The translations under genes and the position numbers were made by a program. From positions 18,724,001 through 18,788,000 of the forward strand of contig OZ024752.1 of NCBI GenBank assembly GCA_964016885.1: 64,000 nucleotides of DNA. Reading direction: 5' to 3'. Below the pieces are notes generated by a model. That model worked only from the letters and a program-made list of their open reading frames with translations, had not been told where the DNA came from and made no database searches. The stretch comes from Eledone cirrhosa (taxonomy: Eukaryota). Positions 39,588-52,739 of this stretch are shown here, piece by piece; the stretch's first letter is position 1; each line of letters begins with the position of its first letter.

Positions 39588-42500
39588 ATAAAAAGTGGAC
39601 AGCCCACACTGTAAAGTGGTTGTGTAGGTGTTATAATAAAAAGTGGACAGCCCACACTGTAAAGTGGTTATGTAGGTGTTATAATAAAAAGTGGACAGCC
39701 CACACTGTAAAGTGGTTGTGTAGGTGTTATAATAAAAAGTGGACAGCCCACACTGTAGAGTGGTTATGTAGGTGTTATAATAAAAAGTGGACAGCCCACA
39801 CTGTAAAGTGGTTGTGTAGGTGTTATAATAAAAAGTGGACAGCCCACACTGTAAAGTGGTTGTGTAGGTGTTATAATAAAAAGTGGACAGCCCACACTGT
39901 AAAGTGGTTGTGTAGGTGTTATAATAAAAAGTGGACAGCCCACACTGTAAAGTGGTTGTGTAGGTGTTATAATAAAAAGTGGACAGCCCACACTGTAAAG
40001 TGGTTGTGTAGGTGTTATAATAAAAAGTGGACAGCCCACACTGTAAAGTAGTCATGTAGGTGTTATAATAAAAAGTGGACAGCCCACACTGTAAAGTAGT
40101 CATGTAGGTGTTATAATAAAAAGTGGACAGCCCACACTGTAAAGTAGTCATGTAGGTGTTATAATAAAAAGTGGACAGCCCACACTGTAAAGTGGTTGTG
40201 TAGGTGTTATAATAAAAAGTGGACAGCCCACACTGTAAAGTAGTCATGTAGGTGTTATAATAAAAAGTGGACAGCCCACACTGTAAAGTAGTCATGTAGG
40301 TGTTATAATAAAAAGTGGATAGCCCACACTGTAAAGTAGTCATGTAGGTGTTATAATAAAAAGTGGACAGCCCACACAGTAAAGTAGTCATGTAGGTGTT
40401 ATAATAAAAAGTGGATAGCCCACACTGTAAAGTGGTTGTGTAGGTGTTATAATAAAAAGTGGACAGCCCACAATGTAAAGTGGTCATGTAGCTGTTATAG
40501 TAAAAAGTGGACAGCCCACACTGTAAAGTGGTCATGTAGGTGTTATAATAAAAAGTGGACAGCCCACACAGTAAAGTAGTCATGTAGGTGTTATAATAAA
40601 AAGTGGATAGCCCACACTGTAAAGTGGTTGTGTAGGTGTTATAATAAAAAGTGGACAGCCCACAATGTAAAGTGGTCATGTAGGTGTTATAGTAAAAAGT
40701 GGACAGCCCACACTGTAAAGTGGTCATGTAGGTGTTATAATAAAAAGTGGACAGCCCACACAGTAAAGTAGTCATGTAGGTGTTATAATAAAAAGTGGAC
40801 AGCCCACACAGTAAAGTAGTCATGTAGGTGTTATAATAAAAAGTGGATAGCCCACACTGTAAAGTGGTTGTGCAGGTGTTATAATAAAAAGTGGACAGCC
40901 CACACAGTAAAGTAGTCATGTAGGTGTTATAATAAAAAGTGGACAGCCCACACAGTAAAGTATTCATGTAGGTGTTATAATAAAAAGTGGACAGCCCACA
41001 CTGTAAAGTGGTCATGTAGGTGTTATAATAAAAAGTGGACAGCCCACACAGTAAAGTAGTCATGTAGGTGTTATAATAAAAAGTGGACAGCCCACACAGT
41101 AAAGTAGTCATGTAGGTGTTATAATAAAAAGTGGACAGCCCACACAGTAAAGTAGTCATGTAGGTGTTATAATAAAAAGTGGATAGCCCACACAGTAAAG
41201 TAGTCATGTAGGTGTTATAATAAAAAGTGGACAGCCCACACTGTAAAGTGGTTGTGTAGGTGTTATAATAAAAAGTGGACAGCCCACACTGTAAAGTAGT
41301 CATGTAGGTGTTATAATAAAAAGTGGATAGCCCACATAGTAAAGTAGTCATGTAGGTGTTATAATAAAAAGTGGATAGCCCACATAGTAAAGTAGTCATG
41401 TAGGTGTTATAATAAAATGTGGACAGCCCACACTGTAAAGTGGTCATGTAGGTGTTATAATAAAAAGTGGACAGCCCACACTGTAAAGTGGTCATGTAGG
41501 TGTTATAATAAAAAGTGGACAGCCCACACAGTAAAGTAGTCATGTAGGTGTTATAATAAAAAGTGGACAGCCCACACTGTAAAGTGGTCATGTAGGTGTT
41601 ATAATAAAAAGTGGACAGCCCACATAGTAAAGTGGTCATGTAGGTGTTATAATAAAAAGTGGACAGTCCACACTGTAAAGTAGTCATGTAGGTGTTATAA
41701 TAAAAAGTGGATAGCCCACATAGCAAAGTAGTCATGTAGGTGTTATAATAAAAAGTGGACAGCCCACACAGTAAAGTAGTCATGTAGGTGTTATAATAAA
41801 AAGTGGACAGCCCACACAGTAAAGTAGTCATGTAGGTGTTATAATAAAAAGTGGACAGCCCACACAGTAAAGTAGTCATGTAGGCGTTATAATAAAAAGT
41901 GGACAGCCCACACAGTAAAGTAGTCATGTAGGCGTTATGATAAAAAGTGGATAGCCCACACAGTAAAGTAGTCATGTAGGTGTTATAATAAAAAGTGGAC
42001 AGTCCACACTGTAAAGTAGTCATGTAGGTGTTATAATAAAAAGTGGACAGCCCACACTGTAAAGTGGTTATGTAGGTGTTATAATAAAAAGTGGACAGCC
42101 CACACTGTAAAGTGGTTGTGTAGGTGTTATAATAAAAAGTGGACAGCCCACACTGTAAAGTGGTTGTGTAGGTGTTATAATAAAAAGTGGACAGCCCACA
42201 CTGTAAAATGGTTGTGTAGGTGTTATAATAAAAAGTAGACAGTCCACACTGTAAAGTGGTCATGTAGGTGTTATAATAAAAAGTGGACAGTCCACACTGT
42301 AAAGTGGTTATGTAGGTGTTATAATAAAAAGTGGACAGTCCACACTGTAAAATAGTCATGTAGGTGTTATAATAAAAAGTGGACAGCCCACACTGTAAAG
42401 TGGTTGTGTAGGTGTTATAATAAAAAGTGGACAGCCCACACTGTAAAGTGGTTATGTAGGTGTTATAATAAAAAGTGGACAGCCCACACTGTAAAGTGGT

Positions 42501-44915
42501 TGTGTAGGTGTTATAATAAAAAGTGGACAGCCCACACTGTAGAGTGGTTGTGTAGGTGTTATAATAAAAAGTGGACAGCCCACACTGTAAAGTGGTTGTG
42601 TAGGTGTTATAATAAAAAGTGGACAGCCCACACTGTAAAGTGGTTGTGTAGGTGTTATAATAAAAAGTGGACAGCCCACACTGTAAAGTGGTTGTGTAGG
42701 TGTTATAATAAAAAATGGACAGCCCACACTGTAAAGTGGTTGTGTAGGTGTTATAATAAAAAGTGGACAGCCCACACAGTAAAGTAGTCATGTAGGTGTT
42801 ATAATAAAAAGTGGATAGCCCACACTGTAAAGTGGTTGTGTAGGTGTTATAATAAAAAGAGGACAGCCCACAATGTAAAGTGGTCATGTAGGTGTTATAG
42901 TAAAAAGTGGACAGCCCACACTGTAAAGTGGTCATGTAGGTGTTATAATAAAAAGTGGACAGCCCACACAGTAAAGTAGTCATGTAGGTGTTATAATAAA
43001 AAGTGGATAGCCCACACTGTAAAGTGGTTGTGTAGGTGTTATAATAAAAAGTGGACAGCCCACAATGTAAAGTAGTCATGTAGGTGTTATAATAAAAAGT
43101 GGACAGCCCACACTGTAAAGTGGTTGTGTAGGTGTTATAATAAAAAGTGGACAGCCCACACTGTAAAGTAGTCATGTAGGTGTTATAATAAAAACTGGAT
43201 AGCCCACATAGTAAAGTAGTCATGTAGGTGTTATAATAAAAAGTGGATAGCCCACATAGTAAAGTAGTCATGTAGGTGTTATAATAAAAAGTGGACAGCC
43301 CACACTTTAAAGTAGTCATGTAGGTGTTATAATAAAAAGTGGACAGCCCACATAGTAAAGTGGTCATGTAGGTGTTATAATAAAAAATGGACAGCCCACA
43401 CTGTAAAGTGGTTGTGTAGGTGTTATAATAAAAAGTGGACAGCCCACACTGTAAAGTAGTCATGTAGGTGTTATAATAAAAAGTGGACAGCCCACACTGT
43501 AAAGTAGTCATGTAGGTGTTATAATAAAAAGTGGACAGCCCACACTGTAAAGTAGTCATGTAGGTGTTATAATAAAAAGTGGACAGCCCACACTGTAAAG
43601 TGGTTGTGTAGGTGTTACAATAAAAAGTGGACAGCCCACACTGTAAAGTAGTCATGTAGGTGTTATAATAAAAAGTGGACAGCCCACACTGTAAAGTAGT
43701 CATGTAGGTGTTATAATAAAAAGTGGATAGCCCACACTGTAAAGTAGTCATGTAGGTGTTATAATAAAAAGTGGACAGCCCACACAGTAAAGTAGTCATG
43801 TAGGTGTTATAATAAAAAGTGGATAGCCCACACTGTAAAGTGGTTGTGTAGGTGTTATAATAAAAAGTGGACAGCCCACAATGTAAAGTGGTCATGTAGG
43901 TGTTATAGTAAAAAGTGGACAGCCCACACTGTAAAGTGGTCATGTAGGTGTTATAATAAAAAGTGGACAGCCCACACAGTAAAGTAGTCATGTAGGTGTT
44001 ATAATAAAAAGTGGATAGCCCACACTGTAAAGTGGTTGTGTAGGTGTTATAATAAAAAGTGGACAGCCCACAATGTAAAGTAGTCATGTAGGTGTTATAA
44101 TAAAAAGTGGACAGCCCACACTGTAAAGTGGTTGTGTAGGTGTTATAATAAAAAGTGGACAGCCCACACTGTAAAGTAGTCATGTAGGTGTTATAATAAA
44201 AACTGGATAGCCCACATAGTAAAGTAGTCATGTAGGTGTTATAATAAAAAGTGGATAGCCCACATAGTAAAGTAGTCATGTAGGTGTTATAATAAAAAGT
44301 GGACAGCCCACACTGTAAAGTGGTCATGTAGGTGTTATAATAAAAAGTGGACAGCCCACATAGTAAAGTGGTCATGTAGGTGTTATAATAAAAAGTGGAC
44401 AGCCCACACTGTAAAGTGGTCATGTAGGTGTTATAATAAAAAGTGGACAGCCCACACAGTAAAGTAGTCATGTAGGTGTTATAATAAAAAGTGGACAGCC
44501 CACACTGTAAAGTGGTCATGTAGGTGTTATAATAAAAAGTGGACAGCCCACATAGTAAAGTGGTCATGTAGGTGTTATAATAAAAAGTGGACAGTCCACA
44601 CTGTAAAGTAGTCATGTAGGTGTTATAATAAAAAGTGGATAGCCCACATAGTAAAGTAGTCATGTAGGTGTTATAATAAAAAGTGGACAGCCCACACAGT
44701 AAAGTAGTCATGTAGGTGTTATAATAAAAAGTGGATAGCCCACATAGTAAAGTGGTCATGTAGGTGTTATAATAAAAAGTGGACAGTCCACACTGTAAAG
44801 TAGTCATGTAGGTGTTATAATAAAAAGTGGACAGCCCACACAGTAAAGTAGTCATGTAGGTGTTATAATAAAAAGTGGACAGTCCACACTGTAAAGTAGT
44901 CATGTAGGTGTTATA
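39588..44915. repeat. 111-monomer (~5.33-kb) block, copy 1 of a non-adjacent duplication
   Basis: Rare variants recur at +13152 (274 monomers): TAGCAAAG 41724/54876, CACTTTAA 43307/56459, GTTACAA 43618/56770. Confidence 0.88.
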
Positions 44916-46259
44916 ATAAAAAGTGGACAGCCCACACTGTAAAGTAGTCATGTAGGTGTTATAATAAAAAGTGGACAGCCCACACTGTAAAGTAGTCATG
45001 TAGGTGTTATAATAAAAAGTGGACAGCCCACACTGTAAAGTGGTTGTGTAGGTGTTATAATAAAAAGTGGACAGCCCACACTGTAAAGTAGTCATGTAGG
45101 TGTTATAATAAAAAGTGGCCAGCCCACACTGTAAAGTAGTCATGTAGGTGTTATAATAAAAAGTGGACAGCCCACACTGTAAAGTGGTTGTGTAGGTGTT
45201 ATAATAAAAAGTGGATAGCCCACACTCTAAAGTAGTCATGTAGGTGATATAATAAAAAGTGGACAGCCCACACAGTAAAGTAGTCATGTAGGTGTTATAA
45301 TAAAAAGTGGATAGCCCACACTGTAAAGTAGTCATGTAGGTGTTATAATAAAAAGTGGATAGCCCACACTGTAAAGTAGTCATGTAGGTGTTATAATAAA
45401 AAGTGGATAGCCCACACTGTAAAGTAGTCATGTAGGTGTTATAATAAAAAGTGGACAGCTCACACTGTAAAGTAGTCATGTAGGTGTTATAATAAAACGT
45501 GGACAGCCCACACTGTAAAGTAGTCATGTAGGTGTTATAATAAAAAGTGGACAGCCCACACTGTAAAGTGGTCATGTAGGTGTTATAATAAAATGTGGAC
45601 AGCCCACACTGTAAAGTGGTCATGTAGGTGTTATAATAAAAAGTGGACAGCACACATTGTAAAGTAGTCATGTAGGCGTTATAATAAAAAGTGGACAGCC
45701 CATACAGTAAAGTAGTCATGTAGGTGTTATAATAAAAAGTGGACAGCCCACACTGTAAAGTAGTCATGTAGGCGTTATAATAAAAAGTGGACAGCCCACA
45801 CAGTAAAGTAGTCATGTAGGTGTTATAATAAAAAGTGGACAGCCCACACAGTAAAGTAGTCATGTAGGTGTTATAATAAAAAGTGGACAGTCCACACAGT
45901 AAAGTAGTCATATAGGTGTTATAATAAAAAGTGGACAGCCCACACAGTAAAGTAGTCATGTAGGTGTTATAATAAAAAGTGGACAGCCCACACAGTAAAG
46001 TAGTCATGTAGGTGTTATAATAAAAAGTGGACAGCCCACACAGTAAAGTAGTCATGTAGGTGTTATAATAAAAAGTGGACAGCCCACACAGTAAAGTAGT
46101 CATGTAGGTGTTATAATAAAAAGTGGACAGCCCACACAGTAAAGTAGTCATGTAGGCGTTATAATAAAAAGTGGACAGCCCACACAGTAAAGTAGTCATG
46201 TAGGCGTTATAATAAAAAGTGGATAGCCCACACAGTAAAGTAGTCATGTAGGTGTTATA

Positions 46260-49200
46260 ATAAAAAGTGGACAGTCCACACTGTAAAGTAGTCATGTAGG
46301 TGTTATAATAAAAAGTGGACAGCCCACACTGTAAAGTGGTTATGTAGGTGTTATAATAAAAAGTGGACAGCCCACACTGTAAAGTGGTTGTGTAGGTGTT
46401 ATAATAAAAAGTGGACAGCCCACACTGTAAAGTGGTTGTGTAGGTGTTATAATAAAAAGTGGACAGCCCACACTGTAAAGTGGTTGTGTAGGTGTTATAA
46501 TAAAAAGTAGACAGTCCACACTGTAAAGTGGTCATGTAGGTGTTATAATAAAAAGTGGACAGTCCACACTGTAAAGTGGTTATGTAGGTGTTATAATAAA
46601 AAGTGGACAGTCCACACTGTAAAATAGTCATGTAGGTGTTATAATAAAAAGTGGACAGCCCACACTGTAAAGTGGTTGTGTAGGTGTTATAATAAAAAGT
46701 GGACAGCCCACACTGTAAAGTGGTTATGTAGGTGTTATAATAAAAAGTGGACAGCCCACACTGTAAAGTGGTTGTGTAGGTGTTATAATAAAAAGTGGAC
46801 AGCCCACACTGTAGAGTGGTTATGTAGGTGTTATAATAAAAAGTGGACAGCCCACACTGTAAAGTGGTTGTGTAGGTGTTATAATAAAAAGTGGACAGCC
46901 CACACTGTAAAGTGGTTGTGTAGGTGTTATAATAAAAAGTGGACAGCCCACACTGTAAAGTGGTTGTGTAGGTGTTATAATAAAAAGTGGACAGCCCACA
47001 CTGTAAATTGGTTGTGTAGGTGTTATAATAAAAAGTGGACAGCCCACACTGTAAAGTGGTTGTGTAGGTGTTATAATAAAAAGTGGACAGCCCACACTGT
47101 AAAGTAGTCATGTAGGTGTTATAATAAAAAGTGGACAGCCCACACTGTAAAGTAGTCATGTAGGTGTTATAATAAAAAGTGGACAGCCCACACTGTAAAG
47201 TAGTCATGTAGGTGTTATAATAAAAAGTGGACAGCCCACACTGTAAAGTGGTTGTGTAGGTGTTATAATAAAAAGTGGACAGCCCACACTGTAAAGTAGT
47301 CATGTAGGTGTTATAATAAAAAGTGGACAGCCCACACTGTAAAGTAGTCATGTAGGTGTTATAATAAAAAGTGGATAGCCCACACTGTAAAGTAGTCATG
47401 TAGGTGTTATAATAAAAAGTGGACAGCCCACACAGTAAAGTAGTCATGTAGGTGTTATAATAAAAAGTGGATAGCCCACACTGTAAAGTGGTTGTGTAGG
47501 TGTTATAATAAAAAGTCGACAGCCCACAATGTAAAGTGGTCATGTAGCTGTTATAGTAAAAAGTGGACAGCCCACACTGTAAAGTGGTCATGTAGGTGTT
47601 ATAATAAAAAGTGGACAGCCCACACAGTAAAGTAGTCATGTAGGTGTTATAATAAAAAGTGGATAGCCCACACTGTAAAGTGGTTGTGTAGGTGTTATAA
47701 TAAAAAGTGGACAGCCCACAATGTAAAGTGGTCATGTAGGTGTTATAGTAAAAAGTGGACAGCCCACACTGTAAAGTGGTCATGTAGGTGTTATAATAAA
47801 AAGTGGACAGCCCACACAGTAAAGTAGTCATGTAGGTGTTATAATAAAAAGTGGACAGCCCACACAGTAAAGTAGTCATGTAGGTGTTATAATAAAAAGT
47901 GGATAGCCCACACTGTAAAGTGGTTGTGTAGGTGTTATAATAAAAAGTGGACAGCCCACACAGTAAAGTAGTCATGTAGGTGTTATAATAAAAAGTGGAC
48001 AGCCCACACAGTAAAGTATTCATGTAGGTGTTATAATAAAAAGTGGACAGCCCACACTGTAAAGTGGTCATGTAGGTGTTATAATAAAAAGTGGACAGCC
48101 CACACAGTAAAGTAGTCATGTAGGTGTTATAATAAAAAGTGGACAGCCCACACAGTAAAGTAGTCATGTAGGTGTTATAATAAAAAGTGGACAGCCCACA
48201 CAGTAAAGTAGTCATGTAGGTGTTATAATAAAAAGTGGATAGCCCACACAGTAAAGTAGTCATGTAGGTGTTATAAAAAAAAGTGGACAGCCCACACTGT
48301 AAAGTGGTTGTGTAGGTGTTATAATAAAAAGTGGACAGCCCACACTGTAAAGTAGTCATGTAGGTGTTATAATAAAAAGTGGACAGTCCACACTGTAAAG
48401 TAGTCATGTAGGTGTTATAATAAAAAGTGGACAGCCCACACTGTAAAGTGGTTATGTAGGTGTTATAATAAAAAGTGGACAGCCCACACTGTAAAGTGGT
48501 TGTGTAGGTGTTATAATAAAAAGTGGACAGCCCACACTGTAAAGTGGTTGTGTAGGTGTTATAATAAAAAGTGGACAGCCCACACTGTAAAGTGGTTGTG
48601 TAGGTGTTATAATAAAAAGTAGACAGTCCACACTGTAAAGTGGTCATGTAGGTGTTATAATAAAAAGTGGACAGTCCACACTGTAAAGTGGTTATGTAGG
48701 TGTTATAATAAAAAGTGGACAGTCCACACTGTAAAATAGTCATGTAGGTGTTATAATAAAAAGTGGACAGCCCACACTGTAAAGTGGTTGTGTAGGTGTT
48801 ATAATAAAAAGTGGACAGCCCACACTGTAAAGTGGTTATGTAGGTGTTATAATAAAAAGTGGACAGCCCACACTGTAAAGTGGTTGTGTAGGTGTTATAA
48901 TAAAAAGTGGACAGCCCACACTGTAGAGTGGTTATGTAGGTGTTATAATAAAAAGTGGACAGCCCACACTGTAAAGTGGTTGTGTAGGTGTTATAATAAA
49001 AAGTGGACAGCCCACACTGTAAAGTGGTTGTGTAGGTGTTATAATAAAAAGTGGACAGCCCACACTGTAAAGTGGTTGTGTAGGTGTTATAATAAAAAGT
49101 GGACAGCCCACACTGTAAAGTGGTTGTGTAGGTGTTATAATAAAAAGTGGACAGCCCACACTGTAAAGTGGTTGTGTAGGTGTTATAATAAAAAGTGGAC

Positions 49201-50480
49201 AGCCCACACTGTAAAGTAGTCATGTAGGTGTTATAATAAAAAGTGGACAGCCCACACTGTAAAGTAGTCATGTAGGTGTTATAATAAAAAGTGGACAGCC
49301 CACACTGTAAAGTAGTCATGTAGGTGTTATAATAAAAAGTGGACAGCCCACACTGTAAAGTGGTTGTGTAGGTGTTATAATAAAAAGTGGACAGCCCACA
49401 CTGTAAAGTAGTCATGTAGGTGTTATAATAAAAAGTGGACAGCCCACACTGTAAAGTAGTCATGTAGGTGTTATAATAAAAAGTGGATAGCCCACACTGT
49501 AAAGTAGTCATGTAGGTGTTATAATAAAAAGTGGACAGCCCACACAGTAAAGTAGTCATGTAGGTGTTATAATAAAAAGTGGATAGCCCACACTGTAAAG
49601 TGGTTGTGTAGGTGTTATAATAAAAAGTCGACAGCCCACAATGTAAAGTGGTCATGTAGCTGTTATAGTAAAAAGTGGACAGCCCACACTGTAAAGTGGT
49701 CATGTAGGTGTTATAATAAAAAGTGGACTGCCCACACAGTAAAGTAGTCATGTAGGTGTTATAATAAAAAGTGGATAGCCCACACTGTAAAGTGGTTGTG
49801 TAGGTGTTATAATAAAAAGTGGACAGCCCACAATGTAAAGTGGTCATGTAGGTGTTATAGTAAAAAGTGGACAGCCCACACTGTAAAGTGGTCATGTAGG
49901 TGTTATAATAAAAAGTGGACAGCCCACACAGTAAAGTAGTCATGTAGGTGTTATAATAAAAAGTGGACAGCCCACACAGTAAAGTAGTCATGTAGGTGTT
50001 ATAATAAAAAGTGGATAGCCCACACTGTAAAGTGGTTGTGTAGGTGTTATAATAAAAAGTGGACAGCCCACACAGTAAAGTAGTCATGTAGGTGTTATAA
50101 TAAAAAGTGGACAGCCCACACAGTAAAGTATTCATGTAGGTGTTATAATAAAAAGTGGACAGCCCACACTGTAAAGTGGTCATGTAGGTGTTATAATAAA
50201 AAGTGGACAGCCCACACAGTAAAGTAGTCATGTAGGTGTTATAATAAAAAGTGGACAGCCCACACAGTAAAGTAGTCATGTAGGTGTTATAATAAAAAGT
50301 GGACAGCCCACACAGTAAAGTAGTCATGTAGGTGTTATAATAAAAAGTGGATAGCCCACACAGTAAAGTAGTCATGTAGGTGTTATAATAAAAAGTGGAC
50401 AGCCCACACTGTAAAGTGGTTGTGTAGGTGTTATAATAAAAAGTGGACAGCCCACACTGTAAAGTAGTCATGTAGGTGTT
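46260..50480. repeat. Tandem duplication of a ~44-monomer (2112-bp) block
   Basis: The TGTAGAG block (ORFs at 46676/48788), GTCGAC...CACAATG...TAGCTGTTATAGT (~47517/49629) and GTATTCAT (~48019/50131) recur at +2112. Boundaries are approximate. Confidence 0.8.
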
Positions 50481-52739
50481 ATAATAAAAAGTGGATAGCC
50501 CACATAGTAAAGTAGTCATGTAGGTGTTATAATAAAAAGTCGATAGCCCACATAGTAAAGTAGTCATGTAGGTGTTATAATAAAATGTGGACAGCCCACA
50601 CTGTAAAGTGGTCATGTAGGTGTTATAATAAAAAGTGGACAGCCCACACTGTAAAGTGGTCATGTAGGTGTTATAATAAAAAGTGGACAGCCCACACAGT
50701 AAAGTAGTCATGTAGGTGTTATAATAAAAAGTGGACAGCCCACACTGTAAAGTGGTCATGTAGGTGTTATAATAAAAAGTGGACAGCCCACATAGTAAAG
50801 TGGTCATGTAGGTGTTATAATAAAAAGTGGACAGTCCACACTGTAAAGTAGTCATGTAGGTGTTATAATAAAAAGTGGATAGCCCACATAGCAAAGTAGT
50901 CATGTAGGTGTTATAATAAAAAGTGGACAGCCCACACAGTAAAGTAGTCATGTAGGTGTTATAATAAAAAGTGGACAGCCCACACAGTAAAGTAGTCATG
51001 TAGGTGTTATAATAAAAAGTGGACAGCCCACACAGTAAAGTAGTCATGTAGGCGTTATAATAAAAAGTGGACAGCCCACACAGTAAAGTAGTCATGTAGG
51101 CGTTATGATAAAAAGTGGATAGCCCACACAGTAAAGTAGTCATGTAGGTGTTATAATAAAAAGTGGACAGTCCACACTGTAAAGTAGTCATGTAGGTGTT
51201 ATAATAAAAAGTGGACAGCCCACACAGTAAAGTAGTCATGTAGGTGTTATAATAAAAAGTGGACAGCCCACACAGTAAAGTAGTCATGTAGGTGTTATAA
51301 TAAAAAGTGGACAGCCCACACTGTAAAGTAGTCATGTAGGTGTTATAATAAAAAGTGGACAGCCCACACTGTAAAGTGGTTGTGTAGGTGTTATAATAAA
51401 AAGTGGACAGCCCACACTGTAAAGTAGTCATGTAGGTGTTATAATAAAAAGTGGCCAGCCCACACTGTAAAGTAGTCATGTAGGTGTTATAATAAAAAGT
51501 GGACAGCCCACACTGTAAAGTGGTTGTGTAGGTGTTATAATAAAAAGTGGATAGCCCACACTCTAAAGTAGTCATGTAGGTGTTATAATAAAAAGTGGAC
51601 AGCCCACACAGTAAAGTAGTCATGTAGGTGTTATAATAAAAAGTGGATAGCCCTCACTGTAAAGTAGTCATGTAGGTGTTATAATAAAAAGTGGATAGCC
51701 CACACTGTAAAGTAGTCATGTAGGTGTTATAATAAAAAGTGGATAGCCCACACTGTAAAGTAGTCATGTAGGTGTTATAATAAAAAGTGGACAGCTCACA
51801 CTGTAAAGTAGTCATGTAGGTGTTATAATAAAACGTGGACAGCCCACACTGTAAAGTAGTCATGTAGGTGTTATAATAAAAAGTGGACAGCCCACACTGT
51901 AAAGTGGTCATGTAGGTGTTATAATAAAATGTGGACAGCCCACACTGTAAAGTGGTCATGTAGGTGTTATAATAAAAAGTGGACAGCACACATTGTAAAG
52001 TAGTCATGTAGGCGTTATAATAAAAAGTGGACAGCCCATACAGTAAAGTAGTCATGTAGGTGTTATAATAAAAAGTGGACAGCCCACACTGTAAAGTAGT
52101 CATGTAGGCGTTATAATAAAAAGTGGACAGCCCACACAGTAAAGTAGTCATGTAGGTGTTATAATAAAAAGTGGACAGCCCACACAGTAAAGTAGTCATG
52201 TAGGTGTTATAATAAAAAGTGGACAGTCCACACAGTAAAGTAGTCATATAGGTGTTATAATAAAAAGTGGACAGCCCACACAGTAAAGTAGTCATGTAGG
52301 TGTTATAATAAAAAGTGGACAGCCCACACAGTAAAGTAGTCATGTAGGTGTTATAATAAAAAGTGGACAGCCCACACAGTAAAGTAGTCATGTAGGTGTT
52401 ATAATAAAAAGTGGACAGCCCACACAGTAAAGTAGTCATGTAGGTGTTATAATAAAAAGTGGACAGCCCACACAGTAAAGTAGTCATGTAGGCGTTATAA
52501 TAAAAAGTGGACAGCCCACACAGTAAAGTAGTCATGTAGGCGTTATAATAAAAAGTGGATAGCCCACACAGTAAAGTAGTCATGTAGGTGTTATAATAAA
52601 AAGTGGACAGTCCACACTGTAAAGTAGTCATGTAGGTGTTATAATAAAAAGTGGACAGCCCACACTGTAAAGTGGTTATGTAGGTGTTATAATAAAAAGT
52701 GGACAGCCCACACTGTAAAGTGGTTGTGTAGGTGTTATA